The translations under genes and the position numbers were made by a program. A stretch of 64,000 nucleotides of DNA from Spirochaetia bacterium (GTDB taxonomy: Bacteria; Spirochaetota; Spirochaetia; DSM-2461). Below, piece after piece: positions 30,261 to 40,413 of the stretch (position 1 is its first letter; each line of letters starts with the position of its first letter). The stretch lies in assembly GCA_963668315.1 (NCBI GenBank), contig OY764216.1:5472001-5536000 (forward strand), written 5' to 3'. Below the pieces are notes generated by a model. The model saw only the letters and a list, made by a program, of their open reading frames with translations, was not told the origin of the DNA and made no database searches.

Positions 30261-30430
30261 TCAGGCCACGCCAACCACTTGCTCCACGAATCGCTTTGCT
30301 TTCTTGACTTCTTCGAGCGTTTCGTCGAGATTGCCGGGCTTGACCATCTCGATCATCAGCGGCCCGCCCTTCAGGCCGCCACGGCGGAATTCCGCGAAGA
30401 GGGCCGGAAAGTCCACGTTGCCGGTGATCA
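30261..30430 (-). pseudogene. C-terminal remnant of a sugar phosphate isomerase/epimerase (xylose isomerase-like TIM barrel)
   Basis: Manual translation TGNVDFPALFAEFRRGGLKGGPLMIEMVKPGNLDETLEEVKKAKRFVEQVVGVA*; no start, abuts the upstream gene's stop. Confidence 0.6.
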
Positions 30431-30438
30431 CGTTCCGG

Positions 30439-32763
30439 TCAGTTACTCAGTTCCATGATCGCATCCGCGATCTTCCGACGCAGGCCGTTGTAGTCGCGGA
30501 ACTGGAATCCGTTGGCCATCTTGTGGTCGCCGGAGACGATCTTGCCGCCCTCGGCCCCGAGTTCTTTGCGGCCTGTCCAGTCGCCCTGGGCGGCGGACCC
30601 CGTCGAGCCGTTGAAGTCGATCCGCCCCAGTTGTTTCTCGATTTCTTCCCAAAGGACCCCGGCACGCTCCGCTCGTGGGTCATTCCTCGCGTTCAACTCC
30701 TTCACATGACTCTCCAGCGTGACCAGATACTTGTAGTCGTCGACGCCTTCGCGTATTGCCTCCCACGCCAACGTTGGGCCACCGGTTTCGTCGCCCGCGG
30801 GAGGATACTGATAGATGATCGTGTTCGGTTCTGCGTAAACGGACTCGGGCTGATCCGGCCGGAAGGCGGTCTGGTAGCTCCACTGAATGACGCCGGTGCC
30901 TCCGGCCTGATAGAGCCCGAAGCCGTATCCGAATCGGAGCACTTCGGGATGCCATCCGGTCAGGTCGAGATTGTAGAACCAGACCTCTTTCCTGTCCTCT
31001 CGAAGCTGGCGCAGAAACGCGTTCCAGCCACCTGCATCATAGGTTCCCCTTTGCAGGACGGGGCCATCGTGATAAACCAGGACGTCACAGAGGTCATACA
31101 GACGCTCGAGCGTTTGCGGGTTTCCGTTGGAGCCATCCTCTTCGGTGCGCACTCCGGGAATTGTCTTCAGCACTCGCAAACACGCTTCCGCGTCGTCCAG
31201 ACGGGCCGTGTGCTCAAACGGTTCATCAAGTGGCTGGAAGAGGATCTCCGGCCAACGGTTCTTCCGGCCACGTTCCAGAATGGCGACGATGATCTGCCTG
31301 TAGTAGTCGGCCAACTTCTCCTTATCGCCGTGAGCGTGTTCCTTGCACCAGCGTAAGACGTCCGAGCCCATGAGCCAGTCGATGGGCATGGTGAAACCGG
31401 CGTCAAGATACTCTCGAACGGCTCGCTCAAGGTCGCCTGAGCCGTCGAAGGCTACGTCCACCCGTTCACCATTGAGGGCAACTTTCGCGCCCAGGTTGCA
31501 GCATAGCCCCACGGTCGTCATTCCGTGCGCTCGCATGTCGCGCCAAGCGGCGGCGCGGAAGTTCTCGTCGCCCACGGGCCGATGGTACATTCCGAAATAG
31601 ATGGGATCCGGTTCACGAAGACGAATCGGCAGCACTTCCATTTCGAGCGGCAATTGGGTAATGCCCGCATTGGCCGCCGAGACGGTCACCGCAGCCCGAT
31701 AGTGCCCCGGTGGCGCGTCTTTCGGCACGCGGATCGTGATCCAGTATTGCTGCGAGGTCTCGGCCGCAACGTCGACTTGCCCATACGACGCCAGGTACAA
31801 CGGCACGACCATGGGGTCGGTATGGAAAGGGCCCCAACGCGATTGTCCCTCTTTTCTACCGTAGCGCACGGGACGAATCGAGACGTGCTTTTGAGCGATG
31901 GTCGCACCAGCCTCGTTCTCGAGCGATGTGCAAGTCACGTTGACGCCATTCACGTCCCGTAACGCCCGAATCGCGAACGAAACCGGCTCCGTTTCGCCGG
32001 GCGTCGCAAAGCAGGATAGACTGGGGGCGATTTCTTCTTCGTCAGGCACGGAAGCAGGGAAGATGAGCCGCAGGTAGTCGCGTCCGTAGCAGATGTAGCC
32101 TTTGGCTCGCTGCTCGTCCGTCAGGGCTGGGAGCACTCGATCATCTTCGTAACGCTGGCTCGGCTTCACGATGCGATCTGTAGGGACGAGGCTGATATCG
32201 TCGTACCAGACGGCGCCGGTTCCCGTGTAACGCATGTTGAGCCAAAGGCGAAGGCGGATTCGTGTTGTGCCCTCAGGCGGTTCGAGGTAGCCCGTGTAAC
32301 GCGTCCAGTCCCGGTCCACATTCACGGCGACCGCGTCGTAGTTCGCGTCCAGCCACTTGCCGCCGTCGCCGAAAAACACTCCCGAGACCAGGGCCTCCGT
32401 ATTCTTCATGCCCTGCGTTTTCATCCAGATCTGGAGCTTGTAGAACTTGACACTTCCGTCGACCGGGATGTCGGCCAGCGTCCATACGCCGTCGTCTTCC
32501 GCGCGCTGATTCGAAACGAAAAGGCTCCGTTCTCCGGAGTGGACGACCCTGCCGTCCCACCTCACCTGCGGCTTTTCCTTCTTCAGCCCTCGCTCACGAT
32601 CGTTGCTGTGCGTGTTCTGCCAGGCAAATGCCCAGCCGTCCGGCGTGCCGTCCCCGTCGACATCCTCTTCGAAGCCGGCGTTGACGATGAGATTCCCAGG
32701 CTCCTTTGCCAGGCACACCAGCGGCAGCGTGAAGATCACGAGCGTCAAGGTGATGAGTTTCAT
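30439..32763 (-). CDS. Exported putative glycoside hydrolase: CBM4/9-like N-terminal domain plus GH123/DUF4091-like region
   Basis: Signal peptide; NLIVNAGFEE; ATPGETEPVSFAI, WITIRVPKDAPPGHY, DEP, PTLAWEAIREGVDDYKYL. Confidence 0.7.
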   Translation of the reverse strand: MKLITLTLVIFTLPLVCLAKEPGNLIVNAGFEEDVDGDGTPDGWAFAWQNTHSNDRERGLKKEKPQVRWDGRVVHSGERSLFVSNQRAEDDGVWTLADIPVDGSVKFYKLQIWMKTQGMKNTEALVSGVFFGDGGKWLDANYDAVAVNVDRDWTRYTGYLEPPEGTTRIRLRLWLNMRYTGTGAVWYDDISLVPTDRIVKPSQRYEDDRVLPALTDEQRAKGYICYGRDYLRLIFPASVPDEEEIAPSLSCFATPGETEPVSFAIRALRDVNGVNVTCTSLENEAGATIAQKHVSIRPVRYGRKEGQSRWGPFHTDPMVVPLYLASYGQVDVAAETSQQYWITIRVPKDAPPGHYRAAVTVSAANAGITQLPLEMEVLPIRLREPDPIYFGMYHRPVGDENFRAAAWRDMRAHGMTTVGLCCNLGAKVALNGERVDVAFDGSGDLERAVREYLDAGFTMPIDWLMGSDVLRWCKEHAHGDKEKLADYYRQIIVAILERGRKNRWPEILFQPLDEPFEHTARLDDAEACLRVLKTIPGVRTEEDGSNGNPQTLERLYDLCDVLVYHDGPVLQRGTYDAGGWNAFLRQLREDRKEVWFYNLDLTGWHPEVLRFGYGFGLYQAGGTGVIQWSYQTAFRPDQPESVYAEPNTIIYQYPPAGDETGGPTLAWEAIREGVDDYKYLVTLESHVKELNARNDPRAERAGVLWEEIEKQLGRIDFNGSTGSAAQGDWTGRKELGAEGGKIVSGDHKMANGFQFRDYNGLRRKIADAIMELSN

Positions 32764-32850
32764 CGACACCCCCGAAGTTATCTTGATAACAGCCAATCTT
32801 GCACGAATCATGCAAGGTTCTTTCGCGTTCAGTTCTCACGACAATCCGAA

Positions 32851-33018
32851 CTAGGCTCTGTTTCAAAATTCAAGGTGCCGGGCTTCGAGCGGCTGCACGA
32901 ACCATCCGCTGCGTTGTCCTGCATCGACATATGTCCAATATGCCTGCTTCGGAGGCCTTGCGGACTGGCTCGTTCGCTCGCTCTCGGGCCTGCGGCAGAC
33001 TTTTCAAACAGAGCCTAG
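32851..33018. mobile_element. MITE-like element, 160 bp, flanked by CTAG (ends resemble IS5 family)
   Basis: Left CTAG-GCTCTGTTTCAAAA and right TTTTCAAACAGAGC-CTAG form an 18-bp inverted repeat with one mismatch; no transposase inside. Confidence 0.75.
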
Positions 33019-34559
33019 TTTCCCGCGGTTTCCCGGGCGACATCGCCATAGTCCTCGCCCCGCAGGCTTTTCAATACCGACTCCTGCCAGTCGCGCATCT
33101 GCTGCTTCAGTTTGTCGACGATTTCCGGCTGTTCCTGGCTCAGGTCGCGTGTCTCCGCCGGATCGTCGAGCAGGTCGAACAGTTCCACCTTGGGCTCGCC
33201 GGCTTTGCGGTCGTGAAGGACGAGCTTGAACTGGTCATCGACGAGGGCGCGAGGGCCGAGGAAATCCGAAGCATCAATCTCCGGATGGCGGAGATTCCGA
33301 AAGTTGCGGGTTGGGATGCCGCCCATCAACTTCACCAGCGGAGTGGTTCCCTTCTGCAGTTCCGGCTCGATCCACGGCTCCGTTTTCAGCCCGGCGAAGC
33401 GGCGCGTGTTGTAACACCAGACGAAAATCGGTTTTGGACGGGCAACCATCTCCCCGACAATCAGCGGCGACAGGTCAACTCCATCGATGGGCCGGGCCGG
33501 AAGCGGCTGGCCGACAATCGAGCAGAGAGTCGGCAACAGATCGCTGGTAACCGCACGCACGTTGCTTACACGCGGTTTCGGAATGCGGGCCGGCCACTCA
33601 ATGACCCCCGGCACGCGAATCCCTCCTTCATAGACTTGTCCCTTCAGGCCGCGATAGGGCGACCGCAGCAGGCCGCTCGGCGGCGTGCCGTTGTCGCCGC
33701 AATAGAACACCAATGTGTTCTCGCGCAGACCCGCTTTGGCAAGGTAGTCGCGGAGTGTGCCGATGGCGTGGTCCATGGCGGTGATTTCTGCGTACCGTTC
33801 TTGCAGGACCGCGCCGAGCGGGCGTTGGACCGGCAGGCCGGTCTCGTTCGATGTCAAGCGGACGGAGCGATCGGCATACTTGGCCGGTAGTTCCTCGTAA
33901 AGGGCGAGGTCCTCGGGCAGGCCGCTGTAGGGCTCGTGCGGAGAACCGAACCACACAACGGCAAAAAACGGCTTCCCCTTCTCCCGGGAATGCTCGATGA
34001 AACGCAACGCCTCTTCGACGATGACTTTGGAGCCCTCGCCGCGAAAGATCTCGGGCGGGGCACCGTTGCGTGACAAAGCCGGGTCCATTTCAAAGAAATT
34101 GTCGTGGGATACCCATTCGTCGAATCCCATCGCCCCGGGATTGGTAGGCGAAGCGGTCTTCACTGCCCCAACATGCCATTTGCCGAAGTGGCCGCAGTAG
34201 TATCCGGCTTCATGCAGAATGTGGCCGATGGTGATTTCTTCGGGACGCAGCGACCATCCTGGAGCGAACGTGCCGTAGCGATTTGGATGGCGGCCGGTGA
34301 GGAAGCTGCCTCGCGTGGGGGAGCAGGAAGGGTGTGCCGAATAGAAGCGATCGAACCGAAGCCCGGTGGCCGCCATCTTGTCAAGAACCGGCGTGTGCAG
34401 GTAGGGGTGCCCATTGTAGCCGGTCTCCTCCCAGCCATGGTCGTCGCCCATCATGAGGACGATGTTGGGGGCGGGCAGACGCGACGCGTCGTCAGCAAGC
34501 AATGACGCCTGTACAACAAGCAGGAGAGCAGCAAGCAAAGGGATTGGGAGTCGGTTCAT
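33015..34559 (-). CDS. Formylglycine-dependent sulfatase (S1)
   Basis: Signal peptide; PNIVLMMGDD, CSPTRGSFLTGR, GKWH, GDNG, YEGGIRVP. Confidence 0.95.
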   Translation of the reverse strand: MNRLPIPLLAALLLVVQASLLADDASRLPAPNIVLMMGDDHGWEETGYNGHPYLHTPVLDKMAATGLRFDRFYSAHPSCSPTRGSFLTGRHPNRYGTFAPGWSLRPEEITIGHILHEAGYYCGHFGKWHVGAVKTASPTNPGAMGFDEWVSHDNFFEMDPALSRNGAPPEIFRGEGSKVIVEEALRFIEHSREKGKPFFAVVWFGSPHEPYSGLPEDLALYEELPAKYADRSVRLTSNETGLPVQRPLGAVLQERYAEITAMDHAIGTLRDYLAKAGLRENTLVFYCGDNGTPPSGLLRSPYRGLKGQVYEGGIRVPGVIEWPARIPKPRVSNVRAVTSDLLPTLCSIVGQPLPARPIDGVDLSPLIVGEMVARPKPIFVWCYNTRRFAGLKTEPWIEPELQKGTTPLVKLMGGIPTRNFRNLRHPEIDASDFLGPRALVDDQFKLVLHDRKAGEPKVELFDLLDDPAETRDLSQEQPEIVDKLKQQMRDWQESVLKSLRGEDYGDVARETAGN

Positions 34560-34913
34560 GGCCCTTGTTCCTCTTGCACAATCGTCGCGTTGTTTGGGGG
34601 GCTCGCTTGCCCGTCGGCATTCCTTGACACTCTACAAACCACCGAGTTGCCCGTCAACTCACGGGCGACTGGCTGGCAGTCCGGCATTTTGCGATCGCCG
34701 CCAATCGGCAGTCGCCCAGATTCCACGAACTCGCTTCGACGACCTCCCTGTTGGCTGTTCCTTTGCCAAGCCAGGCACTGCGCATTGCTGGAAATTTGCC
34801 CCAGCATCACCTTTATGGTAGTGTAACCGATCGAGTATTTAGTGCGATTCTGCCCACCCGCCATCCCCCCCCGCCCGAGACGCCCCCCGAGAAGCTCCAA
34901 GGAACGTACAATC

Positions 34914-36269
34914 ATGCTGAAGAATGTCTCCCGCCGTGGTTTCCTCAAGACATCGGCCGCGATTGCGGCGTCCCTGTCCGTCGGCATCGGGAAATCCGCC
35001 TCTGCCGCGATAGGCAGTGCCTCGCAACCAAAGCGATGGTTCAAAGGCAACATGCACATGCATAACCAGTGGTCCGACGGCCACCCGCTTCCGGAGTGGG
35101 CTGTCGACTGGTACAAATCCCACGGCTACGATTTCATCTGCCCGAGCGACCACAATATCTTCCAGTCGGAGGAACTTCGCTTCGACGGTTTCGGGTTCAA
35201 CAACAAGCCTTCCGATATTGCGGCGTTCGAGGGCGAGACGTCCCTTTGGAAAGTCGTTTCGCCGACTGCCGGCTGGCCGAAGCTGACACAGAGACAGATC
35301 GACGAGGCAATCGAGAAGTTCGGCGACAGTTCCGTGCGGACAATCACCATCGCTGACAAGACCTACGTTCGGCTCAAGCCCTTTGCCGAACTGGAGCAGC
35401 AATTCGTCGAACCGGGCAAGTTCCTCATGATCCCCGGATTTGAGCAGACGGGGGCCTGCCACAACGATCAGCAGGTCCATATGAACTTCATCAACGTGCG
35501 GGAGGTGTTTCCGTACATCTCGGCGGAGAAGCCCAAGGAGATTCTCGAACGGACCTTCGAGAAAGGCCTGGAGATGTACGGGCAGGACTATCTCTTCACG
35601 GCCAACCATCCCCTATGGCGCTACTATGACTATTCGCCCAACGATCTGATTGCCCTTCCGCAGATTCGTCTGTTCGAACTGAACAACAACGGGATCGACG
35701 GGAAGTACGAGGCTCATCCGCAGGGCTGGAAGCCGGAACAGTTCTGGGATGTGGTCAATGCCTACCGGGCCGCGCACGACCAGTCGCTCCTGCTGGGAAT
35801 GGGGTCCGACGATCGGCACTCCTACCTGGAGCCGGCCAAGGCCTGGAGCGTTGTACGGGCGGCGACCCTGTGCGTGCAGGACCTGTTCCAGGCGATTCAC
35901 GCCGGCGATTTCTATGCCTCCAACGGTCTGGATTTCGAAGACATTCAGTTCGACGGCAAAACCCTTGCGGTGAAGATCGACGTGCGAGAGGAAGGCAAGT
36001 ACCGGATCCAGTTCCTTGGAACGAAGAAGGACTACGACCCCACAAGCCGCGTCATCGAGGTGGCCGAAGGCCCTCTCTGTCCGGCCCGCAAGATCGACAT
36101 CTATTCCGACACCATCGGCCGTGTTCTCGACACGGTGGAAGGCACGGAGGGCTCGTACACGCTCAAGCCGGACGATCTCTACGTTCGGGCGAAGATCGTC
36201 AAGGTGAGCGACGATCTTCAGGACGACTGGCAGTCGAAGCCCGCCGCCTGGAGCCAGCCGTACAAGTAG
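34914..36269 (+). CDS. Tat-exported PHP-like metallohydrolase (CehA/McbA-like)
   Basis: SRRGFLK twin-arginine motif; WFKGNMHMHNQWSDG, SDHN, NHP, GSDDRH, GDFYASNG. Confidence 0.8.
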   Translation: MLKNVSRRGFLKTSAAIAASLSVGIGKSASAAIGSASQPKRWFKGNMHMHNQWSDGHPLPEWAVDWYKSHGYDFICPSDHNIFQSEELRFDGFGFNNKPSDIAAFEGETSLWKVVSPTAGWPKLTQRQIDEAIEKFGDSSVRTITIADKTYVRLKPFAELEQQFVEPGKFLMIPGFEQTGACHNDQQVHMNFINVREVFPYISAEKPKEILERTFEKGLEMYGQDYLFTANHPLWRYYDYSPNDLIALPQIRLFELNNNGIDGKYEAHPQGWKPEQFWDVVNAYRAAHDQSLLLGMGSDDRHSYLEPAKAWSVVRAATLCVQDLFQAIHAGDFYASNGLDFEDIQFDGKTLAVKIDVREEGKYRIQFLGTKKDYDPTSRVIEVAEGPLCPARKIDIYSDTIGRVLDTVEGTEGSYTLKPDDLYVRAKIVKVSDDLQDDWQSKPAAWSQPYK

Positions 36270-36438
36270 CCGAAAGGAGAGTGATAGTTCGGAGGTTGTC
36301 ACGAACTACACCCAGGAGGCCTTTCCCTACCGGGGAAAGACGGTTGGAACCGAGGACTATCTTCTCTTTCCAGGAAGCGGGCCAGCGGATTAAGAAACGC
36401 CGACGTACGTTTGACGACGCGGGATCGGGCGACACCGG

Positions 36439-37614
36439 TCACTCGAACAACTTCGCATCGTCCTGCCGGGTCCGGTTGCGATAGTCTTTGATCGTGTCAA
36501 AGACCATGTAGTTCGAATCGTGGAAGTTCTTGCCATACCAACCGAGGCGGCAGACAAAATCGATGTCGTCGCCAACAATTCGCCAATCGCAATACTGGAA
36601 GCCGGCGACGTCGTTGCCCTGGGCATGCTGATAGATGATCGAGCGTACATCCCACTTCTTCAGATCATCGGAACAGACAAGGGCCAGCGTGGTTCGAGAG
36701 CCTTTTTGTTTGGGCTGGACCCAGTTGGTCAACGCCCAGTACTTTCGGGTGACCTCGTCGTAGCGGATGCAAAACTTGGACGCGCCGCCGGGGAAATCGA
36801 GGAAGCCGGTCTCGGGATCGAAGCGGAGCGTTTTGCCGTCGGCCGAGAGGTCGAGACAGGCCACGGTCCGGCCGCCCCCGCCCGGACGTTTCCAATCCTC
36901 CACGCGGGCGATGATGTGCAGCGAGCCGTTGGGAGCCGCCACGACGTTGCCCTCCAGCCATCCGGTGAAGTGCGGATGCGACGGCCACACCACGGCGTTG
37001 CTTCGTGTCCAATTCGCGGCGTCCAGCAAGTCGCTGTCCAAGGGGGCGCTAATCGCCATCATGCTGAACTGGCTGCCCCATCCCCCTTGACGCGGTTTGT
37101 CGACCAGGTCGACTTGCCACCATACGCGGCCGCCGTGAAACAGCACGGGAACGGGATCGGTGTAGTACGGGGCATCGGAGAGAATCAGGCCAGTCTTCGG
37201 GTCCTTGGGCTCCGACCACGTCCTTCCGCCGTCGGTCGATTTGCGAATCGCCACGCACTCGGGACTGACGCCCTCGATCTCCGGCATCGCATAGCCGATT
37301 TGATACAGGACGTTGTCAATGGCGAAGAGCGTCCCACTCCGTTGCCTGTCGAACTGCCCCACCTTGGTCCAGGTCTCGCCTCGGTCGGCCGACCGGAAGA
37401 CCTGCGTGTGCTTCTTGAAGTCGTCGTGCGAAAAGACGTACGTCCCGTCGGAGAGGATCTCCATCGACGGGGAGCCGAGAAACGCCTTGCGCCAATCGGC
37501 GCTGCGGGCGATCACCGTCCCCGGCGGCGGAGGCGTGTTTTCCTTCTGAGACTGGCCGTTCAATGCTGCCGTCGTAGCCAGAACTAACACGAGACTGACG
37601 AGTCTGACAATCAT
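36439..37614 (-). CDS. Exported BNR/Asp-box beta-propeller (sialidase-like)
   Basis: Asp boxes SADRGETW, STDGGRTW, SDDLKKW; signal peptide. Confidence 0.85.
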   Translation of the reverse strand: MIVRLVSLVLVLATTAALNGQSQKENTPPPPGTVIARSADWRKAFLGSPSMEILSDGTYVFSHDDFKKHTQVFRSADRGETWTKVGQFDRQRSGTLFAIDNVLYQIGYAMPEIEGVSPECVAIRKSTDGGRTWSEPKDPKTGLILSDAPYYTDPVPVLFHGGRVWWQVDLVDKPRQGGWGSQFSMMAISAPLDSDLLDAANWTRSNAVVWPSHPHFTGWLEGNVVAAPNGSLHIIARVEDWKRPGGGGRTVACLDLSADGKTLRFDPETGFLDFPGGASKFCIRYDEVTRKYWALTNWVQPKQKGSRTTLALVCSDDLKKWDVRSIIYQHAQGNDVAGFQYCDWRIVGDDIDFVCRLGWYGKNFHDSNYMVFDTIKDYRNRTRQDDAKLFE

Positions 37615-37872
37615 GGTGATCTATCCTTGTTGAAGGTCCCGTGGCCAATCATCGAGCCCGGTCCGCGTGAGGTCCGAAGACACGTTCGCCGGCATTTTCC
37701 AGGTACCATGAGCTGGAAACAGATTCCGGTCTCGTTCGTTCGACCATTCTAACGCAGTGCGTTCCCTGTGTATGCGCCCCACGGATTATCATTTCCCTCT
37801 GTCGGAGAACCACATTCCGGGCCTCTGACAGTGGGACGAGATCGTGGGGACTGACAATGAAGCAGCCTGTGC

Positions 37873-40069
37873 CTATTCTCGCATCGTTTTGAGCCAGGCG
37901 TCGTCGACGGCGATGGAATGGCTTTGCCCTTTGCGCTGGAGGAGGATTGTCCCCGTAATCGCCTTTGGTTCATTGCCCTTTCCGTCGCGGATCTTGAGGA
38001 TCGGCCGGTCGCGGTCGTCCTTCACGGTGAGGTTTTTGAAGTGAAGGTTGCCTGCCGGGCGGCCTTCCGCATCGATGCCTTGCAGGTAGAGGGGCGGAAA
38101 AAAGGGCTCGGCGAGGGCGCAGTCGCGAAAGGTGGAGTCCTCCAAGTCGATACGCACCGCATCGTAGGGATTGAACTGCACGGAGAGACCGGCCATTCCG
38201 TCGTTTTCCGCCAGGAATCCCGCGATCCGCAGTTCCCCGACGGGCGGGTCCTTGGGGTTGCTGCACAGATGGATGGCATGCTGTTGGTTTGCGCGGGAAA
38301 CGCACTGATCGAGGTGAATCGAGATGGGCGGGGACTGGCTGGTCAGGTATTGCGGACAGATCTGGAAGCCGGTTCCTGCATTGGATTCGGCGATGCAGCG
38401 ACGCATCACGCAGCGGACGAGGGAATCCTCAGGAGAATTGGGCTCGAAGTCGATGCCCGCCTGCGGCGCCGTGCCGTCCGTGTTGCGCAACCGGCAGTCC
38501 TCGATCAACAGGTCTTCCGCGCTGATGACGCTGATGCCCTGCCGGTGGTTGGCGTTGCAGTCCACACGGCGAATCGTCACCTGCCGGTTGGGGGCGTGGT
38601 TCGAGCCCGCGCCGAGGTAGATGCCGTCGCCTCCCGTCTGCTCGATCGAGAGGTCCTGAACCAGCACGTTGCGGCACCCGAAGAAAGCCACCCCATGCCG
38701 CCATTCGGAGCCTTCATAGTCGGCGGATTGATAATCTTGTTTGTGCATGCGGATGTGAGCAGACTCGCCGCCATCGGTCCGGTCGCCTCGGAGAACAACG
38801 TGTTCGCATTCGCGGAAGGAGAGAAGGCAGTCGCTCCTGGCCCGGAAGGCTCCTTTCAAGGCTACCAGTTCGGTTCCCGCCTCGAAGACGATTTCCTGGT
38901 CGCTCACGCCGGTCAGGGGGCCCGTGAACCAGGGTGACGCCTGCCGGTCCAGAATCAGCCGCTTGACTTTCGAGTGGATCGCTTCCTGGAGCTGGGCCGT
39001 AGAGTCCGTGGGATCGAATCCCCACCAGGATGCGCGAGCTTCCTGCCGTTTGCCCTCCAGCACCTCCCGGACCAGTTCCGGCCTGGCGAAAGCGTCTGCC
39101 GCGGGCAAAGACGCAGTCAGCGTTTTGACAAGGAGGGCGTCAAACGCCTTGCGGTCTTTCCAGCCGAGCTGGCAACGCACCGTCCTGCCCTCGGGCGAAA
39201 TGAGCGTGTGGCCCTCGTCGTTCACCGTGAGCGTTCGGGGCTCGATCCGTGCGTATTCTTCGGAAGAGGCCAGGTAGACCGCCGCCGTGTCGAAGAGGAC
39301 GCTGCTGGCATCCTGTGGATAGCCGTCACGGTGGGCCCAGAGGTTGTAGTTCTCGATCACGATGCGGGCCAGTGGGTGCGGAGAATCGGCCACGGTCGCG
39401 TATGACATGCCGCGAAAGTACCAACTCCCCGGAAGCGTCCAGCGGCGAGGTGGTGATCGTCCACGGCGCCGCGACCATCGCCTGCCAGGAGGGGGCGTCG
39501 GCCCGGACATTCCAGTCTGCCCAGGGCTTTCCGCCGTTCTCAAAGCCTTTGTAGATCCTGCCGCCGGTGCAAACGATGCGAGCCTTGGTCGCAATCTGCG
39601 GGTTTCGGCGCAGAGCCTCCTTGATGTTGGGAACCGGACCGATGGTGATGACCGTGATCACGTCTGGCTGCGCGAGGATCGTGTCGATCAGCGCCGCCAC
39701 GCCGTCCTCATGGACCTTTCCCGGGTAGGTGCCCAAATCAAAATCGCCCACCCAACGCTTTTGCGTCAGGGGCTCGTCTCCGGTCTTGATCCCGGTGCCG
39801 ATGGGGATGTCGGTGCGACCGACGCGTTGGAGAATCTTCGCCGCGAGCCGGGTCCGTTCCGGGGTGTTGCCATAGTCGGTGACAATCAACTTCAGATCCA
39901 CTTCCGGCATGCCTAGCAACATCGCCAGGGCCCAGGTGTCATCGATGTCGTCGCCAATATCCGTATCCAAGATGACCGGAATGGACGCTCCCTGCGCCAC
40001 GGCAGCGATGAAGCCGAAACCGAGAGTGGCGAAAAGGACGAAACAGAGACTCCATGGGAGTTTGTTCAT
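37873..40069 (-). pseudogene. Exported nucleoside hydrolase fused to a right-handed beta-helix domain, one frameshift at ~39415
   Basis: VILDTDIGDDIDD, IGPVPN and WNV in ORF 39326-40138 continue into LFDTAAVYL and beta-helix repeats (GGDGIYL, NHRQGISV, AGIDFEPN) of ORF 37873-39594; deleting one T gives ...ELVLRGMSY... Confidence 0.8.
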
Positions 40070-40413
40070 GGGACTTCGGCGTGGCGGGAGGGCGGTGGGA
40101 GGAAGGCCGCCGTATGGCGACCTCGAATGGTGTTCCACACCAGTTTGTCAAAAAGCGAAACGAAACACAACGCGCGAGCTTCAGTCTCAATCCGCTCTTC
40201 CGTGGTTGGCTAACCGAAATTCGAACCGCCGTGAGAAAAGTTGCCCGAAATAGGCGAGTCGGTTTCCACACGGTACGTAATGAATTCGCCGTTCTATTCT
40301 CGCAGAGCTTCGGGGTGCTGTTGCTGCGGAAGGAGGGATCGTTGAAGCAAGTCGCAAGCGCTGCCAGCATAAAAATTCACCGAAAGCTCTTTGCTCGTAG
40401 GAGGTCGCGTGAA

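Noticed and set aside
27931..31356. 1141-aa plus-strand ORF, and similar long ORFs at 40054-42354, 1885-3966, 21527-23080, 52547-54121 and 54644-56296
   Set aside because: Antisense shadows of well-supported genes in high-GC DNA, with no motifs
36275..36372. Long imperfect inverted repeat between convergent genes
   Set aside because: Pairing is too weak to call a terminator or element
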